The notes under the pieces: model-generated
Database searches by the model: none
What the model was told of the DNA's origin: nothing
Seen by the model: only the letters and a program-made list of their open reading frames with translations
DNA from: Octopus vulgaris
Taxonomy: Eukaryota
Assembly: GCA_951406725.2 (NCBI GenBank)
Contig: OX597815.1
Coordinates: 34,472,001-34,536,000, forward strand
Length of the DNA stretch: 64,000 nucleotides
Direction: 5' to 3'
Made by a program: the position numbers and the translations under genes
Shown here: positions 51,884 through 64,000 of the stretch, one piece after another
How the letters are laid out: each line of letters opens with the position of its first letter
Numbering within the stretch: position 1 is the first letter of the stretch

Positions 51884-53217
51884 CCGGGTTCTGATATTAC
51901 AATTATAAATAAACCTACGTGGTAGACATAGAAGCATGTTAATTTTACCTATTTCTCGGTAGACTGAAAAAAGATATGATGACCAACTTCAATCGATTTT
52001 CTGCAGAGTGGGGGCTCAAGTAGAAGTGTGTACATCACTTGAGCAATCCCTGAGAAATGAGTAGTTATTCTGTTTATATACACATCAAATCTGATAGATA
52101 CAGGGAAGTGGGATGGCTAATTTACATGCCGTAAGTGTTTATCAGTGACCTGTCAATAGGGAGTCCAATCCACACAGTATTACTATATGATATATCTAAG
52201 CCTACTGACTAGACATACAAACATGTGCAATTTTGCCCATTTCTCTGGAGATTGAAATATCATGAACAACCTTAATTGATCTTTCGACCCTTACTTGGCC
52301 AATCCCAGAGAAATGAAACAGCCATACTATTTATATGTACAGCAAATATTTCTTCTTCGGTCCTATAAAGCTCTAACAGGAATTTCTTAGTTGCGCTTCT
52401 TTACAATTCTAAGTCCCAACCGCGCCAAGACCGATTGTTTTTACTTTCATCATTACAAGCCAATCACTGAAACAAAGTACCAACCAAATACTGAGATCGA
52501 TATAATTTACTATTCCTTCCTGTCTGAAATCTGTACCCTTCTGACTAAGTTAGATAAAAATCATTAATTTCTTTGATACAAAACTTCAACTGATTTGAAT
52601 AGACATCTGGAAGGTTGACGCCGTTCTTCTATGTGACTGGTTATATTAGCTCCAGTGAGACGAAAGGCCAATCTACTGGAATTGCATTTAATCGCAGATC
52701 GAGGGATGGAACGGAACTCAACGTTGCCACATCTTTATTCCGATGCTCAGTAGTGTCTGCTTCTCGATCACTCTCTTATAATAGAGATATTAAAAAGCAA
52801 CACAAAAGATCGAGTCATGCAGATAAGAGAGAAATTTCACTGACTGTCATCGTTAGACCAATAATTACTATAAGATTAATAATTATCCTAAGATTAATAA
52901 TTAATTACACTGATCTGACATACAAACGCGTACACACACACACACACACACACATACACACACACATACACACACACGCTCACACATGTATGTGTGTGCG
53001 CATCTACGTAAGTCTTTATGTGTGAATGGCGTGGCTATATATATATATATATATATATTTAAACACAGACACAAACACAAACATATACATACATGGACAA
53101 GCATACATATACACACACATACACACACATACACACACACACACACACGTGCAAGCATATATGAAGATACATATATATGTCTAAATGCGTATGCGTGTGT
53201 ATGTATATATGTGTGTG

Positions 53218-53249
<32 letters not shown>

Positions 53250-53424
53250 TGTATGTATGTATATGTATACATGTACATATTACATATATATATATATACA
53301 CGCATACAATGACATATATTCGTTTCTATGCGTATATATATGTATTTGTGTGTCTATATATATGTGTGTGTGTTTGTTTGTATATGTATATGCGTACGTA
53401 TATATGTGTGTGTATACATATACA

Positions 53425-53469
<45 letters not shown>

Positions 53470-53473
<4 letters not shown>

Positions 53474-53660
53474 GGTATTTACAGAAAAACAAAAGACGAA
53501 GACAGGTGTGTAAACAACAAACGCTCGGGAAGTGAGAAAGTCTTTTACATTTCGAGCCTACGCTCTTCAACAGAAAGGAACACGAGGAAATAAACAGAGA
53601 TAATTAAAAGAAAAGCTTTAGGGACTAGTGGTCAATCATGGCGGCTGGCTGGACAGAGGT
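53470..53660 (-). mobile_element. Penelope-like pseudo-LTR (family 2), HHR-like motif at 53542-53577
   Basis: Reverse complement CTTT-CTGTTGA-A-GAGCGTAGGCTC-GAAA-TGTA-AAAG; homologous to 9433-9633. Confidence 0.55.
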
Positions 53661-53785
53661 AGTATATGAATACACACACATACATACGTATAAATACGTT
53701 CACACATACATATACACACGCACGCACATACACGCACACAAATACATATATACACGCATAGAAACGAATATATGTGATTGTGTGC

Positions 53786-53873
<88 letters not shown>

Positions 53874-53877
53874 GTAC

Positions 53878-53953
<76 letters not shown>

Positions 53954-53974
53954 GTACATACATACATACATACA

Positions 53975-54009
<35 letters not shown>

Positions 54010-54762
54010 TTACTTATCTCCTACTCAAAAGTGGATTAGAAAACTACGTTATTTATCACGAGAAGACCTCTCATATGGGCTTTTGGTGCATAAAAGCACT
54101 CCTGCTTATATCGCTGACGGGTGATAACTGTCTGCTACGGCCGCCGAAACTGCCAGATTATATGATTTCGTACTGTATTAACTTCTGGCATCAACACTGC
54201 TTCTGTCGCCATGGTGTGTGTGTCTGTGTGTGTGTGTAATCTATCGGCAAAATTGGCGCTTTACTTAGTGGTGCTATTAACAGCCTTCTCTTACATAAGC
54301 GGCAAATGTCGCTTCGTTAATAACAAAGCATTTTCTCCCCCCCACCCATATATATTAGAAATGAATGTTTGCTATTTTGCTTTTTTTTTCTGTGTTGCCT
54401 TTGCCGCTGCTACTGTTTTCAGATCTATTGTACTTTCAATAAATATATGAAATCTACAGAGTAACCGTTGATATATATATATAGTTCGATTTGATGAAAA
54501 CTGGTCTGGTAATTAATTCCAGTCAGAAGGAACGGGTGTGAGGAGAAACAACAACAACAACAACAATTACAAGAAGCAAACAAATAAATAAACATGCAAA
54601 GAGAAGGGGAAACTGAGTCATCTCGGTTATCTTTATTGCAGATGTCAATATAAACATCCACTTGGATGAAGCAGTTAATTTATAGAACAGATAGTGTGAC
54701 AGCAACAAAGGAAAACACGACGGGCATTATTGAAAACTCCCGCTAAGAATTTATATCTAAAT

Positions 54763-54763
54763 A

Positions 54764-54817
<54 letters not shown>

Positions 54818-55039
54818 TATAACCATCGTTGTCATCATCGTCATCATCATCATCATCATCGTCATTGACGATGTTGTCGACATCATCTTCATCATTATCA
54901 GTGACAGCAACATCGCTCCACCATCACCATCATCACCACCGTCACTACCACCAGTATCACTACCACCAGTCACTACCACCAGTATCACTACCACCAGTAT
55001 CACTACCACCAGTATCACTACCACCATCATCATCGTCAT

Positions 55040-55070
<31 letters not shown>

Positions 55071-55319
55071 AGCAGCATCATTATAATCATCATAAACACC
55101 CCCCACCATTACCGTCATCATCATCATCATAAACGCCATAACCACCATCTCCACCATCATCATCACCATCATCACCATCACCGACATTATCATATCGAGA
55201 TCATTATTATCACCATCACCACCGCCACCACTATCACCACCATGATGATGATGATCATCATCATTATCACCAGCATTATCACCAGCATTATCATCACTTA
55301 CCAACACCACCACCACCAA

Positions 55320-55354
<35 letters not shown>

Positions 55355-55375
55355 ACACTATCATTATCCTCCTCA
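54763..55375. repeat. (CAT/CAC)n trinucleotide tract with an embedded 15-bp unit CCACCAGTATCACTA
   Basis: Directly visible. Confidence 0.9.
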
Positions 55376-55732
55376 TCCATAATAGCGGGGGAGGAGAAGC
55401 GAAATTCTTAGAACGCTCAGAGGAAATACTAGTGAAATCTTAATATACAGAGTTGAAGGAAATTCTGAAATGAAAACGGAAAGAATGTTTTAAATTCTAA
55501 GGAAGAAAGAAAATAATAATATGTAACGGAAATCTCTGAAATGAAAAGGAGACCTAAAACGACAGATCCGATTTACAAATGATTACATTTAGAAAGTAGC
55601 AGTTCACTTTCCAGACTGAGGACCAGGTAATTTTCCAAAGAGTAACTGGCAAGAGCTTTATTTTATTTATTTTTTTTTTTGAGTAGCCATGCTGGGAAAG
55701 CAATATTTAGGAAAGGAAGTTTGATTAGATAT

Positions 55733-55894
55733 AGCTGTGTGGTTAAGAAGCTTCCTTTTCCTTTACAACCACGTAGTTTCGGGTTCAGTTTGATCGTGCA
55801 GCGCCTTGCACAAGCGTCTTCTATAATAGCCCTGGACTGACCGAAATGCTTTGTGAGTGAATTTGGTAGACGGAAAATGGTGTGAAAGTCCGAC

Positions 55895-55953
<59 letters not shown>

Positions 55954-56480
55954 TGAGTGAGTGTGTGTGTGTGTGCATGTGTGTATGTGCTTGTGTGTGT
56001 GAGTGAGTGTGTGTGCATGTGTGTGTACTTCTGTGTGAGTGTGCATGTGTGTGTGAATGAGTGTGTTTGTGTATATGTGTGCATGTGTGTGTGTACTTCT
56101 GTGTGAGTGTGCATGTGTGTGTGAGTGAGTGTGTTTGTGTATATGTGTGTGCATGTGTGTGTGCATGTGTGTGTGTACATGTGTGTGTGCTTGTGTGTGT
56201 GTGCATGTCCATGTGTGAATGAGTGTGTGTGTATGTGCATGTGCATGTGTGTTTGCTTGTGTGTGAGTGTGAGTGTGCATATATGTGTGAGTGAGTGTGT
56301 GTGTGTGAGCATGTGTGTGCGTGTGCGTGTGTATGTGTGATTGTGTGTGAAAATGATTCTGTCTTTGTGTCTGTGTTTGTCAGGCATCCCCCCCACTTGA
56401 CAACTAGCGTTGGATTTTGTTTCTTTGTGTTTTACTTTCCCGAAACTTAGTGGCTCCGTAAAAGAAATTGATAGAACCAA
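55733..56480 (+). mobile_element. CORE-type SINE with a greatly expanded internal GT-rich microsatellite
   Basis: Head 55733-55895, ~450 bp of (GT)/(GTGCAT) repeats, SINE body resumes at ~56360. Confidence 0.8.
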
Positions 56481-56486
56481 AACAAG

Positions 56487-56870
56487 ACTTTACTTGTTTC
56501 AGTCATTTGACGGTGGCCATGCTGGAGCACCGCCTTTGGTCGAACAAATCGACCCCAGGACTTATTCTTTGTAAGCCTAGTACTTGTCTTATCGGTCACT
56601 TTTGCCGAACCGCTAAGTTACGGGGACGTAAACACACCAGCATCGGTTGTCAAGCGATGTTTGAGGGACAAACACAGACATACAAACATATAAATATACA
56701 TATACATATATACGATGGACTTCTTTCAGTTTCCGTCTACCAAATCCACGCACAAGGCTTTGGTCGGCCCGGGGCTATAGTAGAAGACACTTGCCCAAGG
56801 TGCCACGCAGTGGGTCTGAACCCGGAACCATGTGGTTCGTAAGCAAGCTACTTACCACACAGCCCCTCCT
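56487..56870 (-). mobile_element. CORE-type tRNA SINE
   Basis: Reverse-complement family match; abuts the preceding copy tail-to-tail. Confidence 0.9.
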
Positions 56871-57367
56871 AAAGAACATATATAACAACAACTACAATAG
56901 TAACAACAGCTGGAACAGCAGCAGCACCAAAAAGAACAACAACGGACACAGAGGAACAGAATGGACGTTAGAGAAATACATGTGCAGACAGCTACACTGT
57001 GTCTTGTATGATAAACCACTGCTTGTCCCTATGTGTGGTCCTCATAACCAACTAGGCAGGATAAATTTGGGGCACTTCGTCAGTAGATCCGACCTTGCCT
57101 CTAAATGACTATATACATAACCTAATCGTGCTGCAATCAGAACTGATTGTGGCTGTAGACCGAGCAACACTGATGATAACGAGCACCGCTACCACCATGA
57201 CTACCGCTACCCTCGCATCCACCATCACCAATGCTAGAGGACATTCTTATAAATGGTGGCTATTATTGTAATATTGTCAATTAAAACATCGACGTCATAT
57301 TCTGTGGACTATTTTATAATGCATTGCATTTAAAAAAAAAATCCGCCATCTTTCTTCTTCTCTTATC

Positions 57368-57430
<63 letters not shown>

Positions 57431-58170
57431 ACACACACACAGTCGCTCGCTCGCTCGCTCGCTCTTTCTCTTTCTCTCCATAAAACTATTTTAATGCTAT
57501 AGTAGTATAGATGCGCTATCTTCAGTTTAAGATCAGCTTTTATTGTTTAGCTTCAGTATTGCTTGCAGTAATCTTTTTCCTCTAATGAGTTCAATTCATC
57601 GAATCTTGACTGTCTTTAGAATTACCATCACAGTGTCACCATTTCGTTAAAGCTATTTTCCCACACTTTTATAACAGTACACATGAGATTAATAACTATT
57701 TTGATAAAACTCGTGTTATTTTTTGTTCGTTTTTTTTTAATTCTTTCCCATTTTCTTTTATTTTTCTTTTATTTTCTTTTTTTTTTCCTTTCCGTTTACC
57801 ATAAAATATCTCTTCTTGCAATTCGCACCCACCATTTTATTTATTTCTGTCCTGCAGTGCAACTTAATTGTGGTATAAGTAAAGATAAGAAATATTTCCT
57901 CGGAGCAGGTTTCTTTCCTATTTTTGGTGACGGGTAAAGTTCTTCGAAAATTAATCCTGTTCCATACCGAGACACTATTTGTATCTTTGGTCGCCAGTTC
58001 TGGGAGTTCAGTTGTGAGACATAACCAAGTTACAAAATGCATTTAAAAGGTAGATTTAATAATATGAAAGAACATGCATTGTTACTATAAACATTCTATA
58101 ATAATCTGTCAGTTTCCTGACTACCTAGCGTATTTATAAATATATATATACATATATATATACATATATA

Positions 58171-58262
<92 letters not shown>

Positions 58263-58701
58263 CCTCGTTCAGAGATTTATTATTGCTTATATATCAATAT
58301 ATATATATATGTATATATATACATACATAAATTAGCTATTAAAAGAATAACATATATAACTAAAACTGATTTCGTTAGTACAAGTCAACCACGACAATAA
58401 TAATATTAATGGTATTATTTTTATTTATTTATTCATTTATTTACTTTTCAAAAACAATTGATAATAACTAAAGCTTAAATTGGGGCGGAAATAAAAATGA
58501 CGGGGAACATTATATTAATAAAATTGAACAAAAAAGCCTTCAGGTTTCACTTCTGTTCCTTAATTGTATTCCGGTAGCATTCCAATATCTTTTATGAATA
58601 TACAGAACAAAATACACTCACAAACAAGCATTTCAGGTATGTACGTATATATATATAAAATATGAATTAGAGATAAAACCATACTCCCTAATATTATCAT
58701 C

Positions 58702-58752
<51 letters not shown>

Positions 58753-58821
58753 TATATATATATGTACATGTGTATATACGTATATGTGTACACATGCATA
58801 TACACACACATACATGCGTAC

Positions 58822-58874
<53 letters not shown>

Positions 58875-58957
58875 GGTCCCGGGTTGATTCGGGGTTAACC
58901 ACAGTAAGTAAGGTACTCAATACATAGCAGAGTAAAATTAATTTATTATATAGAAGG

Positions 58958-59008
58958 AGCTTCTACAGGACTAGTACTGTTTCATTCAAGAGAAATCTTC
59001 AGGAAGCT
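58958..59008 (-). ncRNA. Type I hammerhead ribozyme (mirror copy)
   Basis: Exact reverse complement of 60470-60520. Confidence 0.7.
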
Positions 59009-59376
59009 ATTTAACAAGAATTGTATTAGCATTTATACATTTAGGCAGGTTTAAAGGAGTGGTGGTGGGGGACTTTTTTGGGGGTAGGCATAGCGCAAAA
59101 TATCATACTTGGGGGAGTGGTCAAGGAGTCAGTGGTAAGTTAGATGAAAGAGTAGATAAATAAAAAAATAAAATAATAAAATAAAAAAATAAAAAAATAA
59201 AATAAAAAAATAAAAAATAAAAAAATAAAAAAATAAAAAAATAAAAAATATATATAAAAAATATATATATAAAAAAATATATATATAAAAAAAGGGGGGA
59301 TAGAGTTATAGGTAAATAAGGAGATTCTCACTTATACCTATACACATATGTATACGTATCTACACACATATATATA

Positions 59377-59418
<42 letters not shown>

Positions 59419-59720
59419 TACATACACATATACATACATATCTACATACACACATACATACACCCGCCCACATATACAAATTTATACACATGCACATGCA
59501 TATACCTGTCTACACATACACACACGTATATATGCATACACTCACTCCCATGCATGCACGCATACACACATGTATATATATACACACGACCACACATACA
59601 TATATACACAGAAAAATATATATTCATACGCACATACACTCATGCACACACAACACACCTAGTTCCCTATATACACATATTTACACCTATATATACATAC
59701 ACCCACATACACATATGTAC

Positions 59721-59753
<33 letters not shown>

Positions 59754-60058
59754 CATATACATGTGTGCATGTGGGTGTATGTATATATAGGTGTAAATAT
59801 GTGTATATAGGGAACTAGGTGTGTTGTGTGTGCATGAGTGTATGTGCGTATGAATATATATTTTTCTGTGTATATATGTATGTGTGGTCGTGTGTATATA
59901 TATACATGTGTGTATGCGTGCATGCATGGGAGTGAGTGTATGCATATATACGTGTGTGTATGTGTAGACAGGTATATGCATGTGCATGTGTATAAATTTG
60001 TATATGTGGGCGGGTGTATGTATGTGTGTATGTAGATATGTATGTATATGTGTATGTA

Positions 60059-60095
<37 letters not shown>

Positions 60096-60469
60096 GAGTA
60101 TATATATGTGTGTAGATACGTATACATATGTGTATAGGTATAAGTGAGAATCTCCTTATTTACCTATAACTCTATCCCCCCTTTTTTTATATATATATTT
60201 TTTTATATATATATTTTTTATATATATTTTTTATTTTTTTATTTTTTATTTTTTTATTTTATTTTTTATTTTTTTATTTTATTTTATTTTTTTTTATTTT
60301 ATTATTTTATTTTTTTATTTATCTATTCTTTCATCTAACTTACCACTGACTCCTTGACCACTCCCCAAGTATGATATTTTGCGCTATGCCTACCCCCAAA
60401 AAAAGTCCCCCACCACCACTCCTTTAAACCTGCCTAAATGTATAAATGCTAATACAATTCTTGTTAAAT

Positions 60470-60520
60470 AGCTTCCTGAAGATTTCTCTTGAATGAAACA
60501 GTACTAGTCCTGTAGAAGCT
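60470..60520 (+). ncRNA. Type I hammerhead ribozyme
   Basis: Stem I AGCTTC/GAAGCT; core CTGAAGA (60476-82); stem II TTC-TCTT-GAA with a T.T mismatch at its base; GAAA (60495-98); stem III CAG-TACTAGTC-CTG with palindromic ACTAGT; GTA cleavage triplet (after 60514). Confidence 0.7.
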
Positions 60521-60559
60521 CCTTCTATATAATAAATATATATATATATATATATAGAT

Positions 60560-60657
<98 letters not shown>

Positions 60658-60675
60658 TGATAGATAGATAGATTG

Positions 60676-60734
<59 letters not shown>

Positions 60735-60779
60735 AAAAATCCATATATTCACAGAAGCGAGAAATAATATTGTGTAGCA

Positions 60780-61250
60780 GACATGCTTATCTCAAGTGCC
60801 TTATAGAAGTAATTAAGTGATTCAAATGGGGATCGAAAATGGTTGATGGAATCAACTGACAAAAAGCTTGCTCTTGTTCTACGTTTCTGATCAATATTAA
60901 GTCAATAAAAAAAAATTCTGCATAGCAATCCTTGTTATTCTTACAACTGCATGTATTGCACATAAATAAGATGGAGAGCAACATTCCATACACGTCGTAA
61001 TTTATCGTTGTTAAAGAATATCGCTTCTCCAATATGGTGGTAATCAAGGTTTGAATAAGGATTTCACAATAAGAGGGAGAAAAAAATGTCTATTATTACA
61101 TGTTATTTTCCTGAGAGAGAGAGCAGCTGTAGCAAATGTTATCAACATTGTTGCTGAAAATTAGTGACATGTCAAAATGGACACCTATATATTTTGTAGC
61201 ATTCCCGAAACACAATAATTTGAAATGCCAGTATTGAATCGTAAGGTATG
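60780..61250 (-). mobile_element. Possible highly decayed Tc1/mariner transposase catalytic region
   Basis: Minus strand around 60795-60845 resembles a degraded WPxRSPDLNPLDY..G.LK motif. Confidence 0.3.
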
Positions 61251-61354
61251 TGAAATCACAAGTACTGAAGCCAAGAGAAATGGTTGAATGAGTATGGTAA
61301 TAGAGAACTAGTTCATTAGAGTTATTGTTGGTGTAGTGGTAAGCTTCATGTCGT

Positions 61355-62025
61355 TATTTTTTTTTAGACCCAAGATGATCCTGATTGAACAGACCAATAA
61401 AATATATTATTTCGTCTTTTTTACCAAAGTATAGATTATCCCGGATTGTATTATTCAACGTGACTTTTTTAAGGCGGCAGTATATGATTTAAGGTAGATT
61501 TGGCTGTTATTTCTAGCACATGATGAATGAGCAGCTAGATGCATTCCCTTATGGTAAGCTATACTCTTCATATCAATAGTTGTTGGTATATGGTGATTTC
61601 ATTTTTAGCCTTAAGATGGTCCTGATTGAGCAATACTATAAAATAATTCTGCCCGTAACCATCCCGTCTGTTTTTCTAGGTATCACTTTATCCAATATGA
61701 CATTTTTAATACGGCAGTATTTGGCTGCTATTTCTAGCACACGATAAGCGACCAGGTAGAAATTCTTTTTAACGGACCTCTAAACATTTTACAACAATAA
61801 TTGTTGGTTTGGTGGCGCTCTTGTTTTCTTTTTTGCCCCAAGATAAATCTGATTGAGCATACTGACAAAAAGACATTCCATCTGTGACATGACCCCATTT
61901 TTCCCCTAGGCATTAACTAACCCAGATTACATTATTCAATGCTAATTTTCTAAGATGGTAGTCTATAATTTACATTCGATTTGACTGCTATTTCTAGCAA
62001 GGGATTAACGACCAGGTAGCAGTTC
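61355..62025. repeat. Three diverged tandem copies (~230-240 bp) of an old dispersed repeat
   Basis: Recurring AAGAT...CTGATTGA and ATTTGGCTGCTATTTCTAGCA motifs; related pieces at ~4880-5000, ~22870 and ~24340-24410. Confidence 0.7.
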
Positions 62026-62291
62026 TATCTATCTATCTATCTATCTCCATCTTTTCCTCTTTAATGAGGCTCTACACACTTCACAGCAATAGTTTGCCTT
62101 ACTAGTATTGAATTACAATGTATATGAAATAATAGGCATTGACGATGCACAAAATGGTTGACTGCATTTAAAATGAGAGGGCTTGCTCATTAGATATGAA
62201 TTCCTAAAAGCGACAGAAGTTTGGTTATGTTAATGATGCGAAAACGTGTAAATTTCAACTTAGCTCTGAGTAATATGTTTTATAGCTTTTA

Positions 62292-62579
62292 TCACGTGAC
62301 CGACCAGTCCATCAGATGTAGTTACACATCGCTGGTCACAATGCGTTCGCATTGTTTTAGCCTTCGAATGACGCCACCCCGCTGGCTAAGCGAGCAGGCC
62401 AACAGAAGAAAGAGTGGGAGAAAGAGTACAGCAGGGATCACCACCCCCTGCTGGAGCCTCGTGGAGCTTCTAGGTGTTTTCGCTCAATAAACACTCACAA
62501 CGCCCGGTCTGGGAATCGAAACCGCGATCGTACGACCGCGAGTCCGCTGCCCTAACCACTGGGCCATTGCGGATCCACA
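62292..62579 (-). mobile_element. tRNA(Arg)-like-headed SINE, tail variant 2
   Basis: Reverse complement of 28742-29048; 11-bp TSD TATAGCTTTTA (62281-62291, 62580-62590). Confidence 0.9.
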
Positions 62580-63741
62580 TATAGCTTTTATACTATGAGT
62601 AATATAGCTCTTATAAGTAATATGCACTGTTGCTCTTATAATATGAATATTATGCGCTGCGTCAATAATACCATAGATAATATCAGCTATATCACTCATA
62701 GTATAGGTAAGATGTCTTGTTTCTGATAATATGAATAATATTAATCCTCATCATCATTAACAGCAATAACAACAACAAAGACCGTTTTGTCTTACTCCAT
62801 GCTACCAATCTTTTTAAAATTTGGATTTCAGACTTGTGCCCCATGTCCTTCTAGAAAAGATTTAATAAAGCTAATGCATTTTTAAAGATATTCATGACGA
62901 GGGTAATTGAAATTAACTAAATATATTTTGACTCCCGTAGTATATTGGCCATAGCCCTTTAACTATAATCAACAGTAAGCTTCACGGGACCAATACAGTT
63001 ACCAGCTTGGTACCTGACGCGAATGAGATCAGCAAAAGCTGCAACAGCAAAAAAGGTTCAAAAGAATAGCCAGGAAGCATCGTACGTAGAGCAGGCTAAC
63101 AAGGGATGAGTTAGGATCTTATGTAGAAGTGTCCGTTAAAAAAATATATTGCAGTGTCCACCTAATACCAGTAAAACTAGCAATAAGCCTGCAACTTATT
63201 CTGGGAGGCGCGAGGTGGGAATACGGAGTATGTATGTCCTGAGATCCCGAGGTGGGTCCAGTAGGTAACAGCTGTTGATTGCTTTTGATAGGATCCTATG
63301 AATGATGTAGCAACGGACCCTACTTCCACGAACCCCTCAGAAGCAGTAAGATTTGTCTTGTATTCTATTAATATAATGGACTAAGAAACAGCTTCAAGAA
63401 CTATCTATATGCAAAGCACATACATATGGTTTTTTCATGAATGTTGCCTTCCCGCCTACCTAAAAAGTCAAAACACGAGGCAATATTCATGAGACTTCAC
63501 AAGGCGTCTGAGATATGCGAGAGGATGGAAGGATGCTTTTTTTCAAATCGGAGATCTAGACTGAATGCTTACAAGGGAGTGGATTTTGTAAAAGGCACTC
63601 ACGGTGCCAGGTTGTGGTGGCAAAGGTGCAACGGATGGAATACGGTAAGATTTGAACTCAGGGCGCCTAGAATTAGAACACATATGTATGTGCCTTTCCA
63701 GCATTATAAAATAGACTAATAAATATTACTTGCAAGATCTC

Positions 63742-64000
63742 CACATACATACATACATACATACATACATACATACATACATACATACATACATACATAC
63801 ATGCATACATACATACATACATGCATACATACATACATACATACGTACATACATACGTACATACATACATACATACATACATACATACATACATACATGC
63901 ATACATTCATACATACATACATACATACATACATACATACATACACATACATACATACATACATACATACATGCATGCATACATACATACATCCATACAT
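63742..64000. repeat. (ACAT)n microsatellite
   Basis: Directly visible. Confidence 0.95.

Larger units (their letters stand above)
58872..60537. mobile_element. Penelope-like inverted (fold-back) insertion: ~800-bp arms 58941-~59738 and ~59740-60537
   Basis: Right arm is the near-exact reverse complement of the left arm; inserted in (TA)n; HHR at each outer end. Confidence 0.8.

Noticed and set aside
63441-63719. 92-aa ORF near the window end
   Set aside because: No recognisable domain or splice signals

Overview
Eukaryotic, AT-rich, microsatellite-saturated DNA, almost certainly from an Octopus (cephalopod) genome. This is inferred from the tRNA-derived SINE families, the mollusc-type 5S sequence and the repeat landscape. 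No intact multi-exon gene is evident, and nearly all ORFs in the supplied track are microsatellite translations. The window contains four tRNA-derived SINE families (several with clean TSDs) and decayed non-LTR retrotransposons: R4/Dong-like RLE fragments, an L1/Tx1-like APE-RT ORF2, and RTE pieces, including 3' ends carrying C2H2 zinc fingers. It also holds non-autonomous Helitrons, hAT-, mariner- and Merlin-like MITEs, decayed Tc1/mariner transposases, a 5S rRNA pseudogene and one candidate terminal coding exon. The most striking structure is a set of Penelope-like (PLE) elements carrying hammerhead ribozyme (HHR) motifs, all inserted in (TA)n tracts. These include a ~1.6-kb near-perfect palindrome with a type I hammerhead at each outer end (58941-60537), a direct-repeat pair of hammerhead LTRs 465 nt apart (retrozyme-like, 47961-48609), and small fold-backs centred on HHR palindromes. 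All family assignments come from recalled motifs, not database searches.
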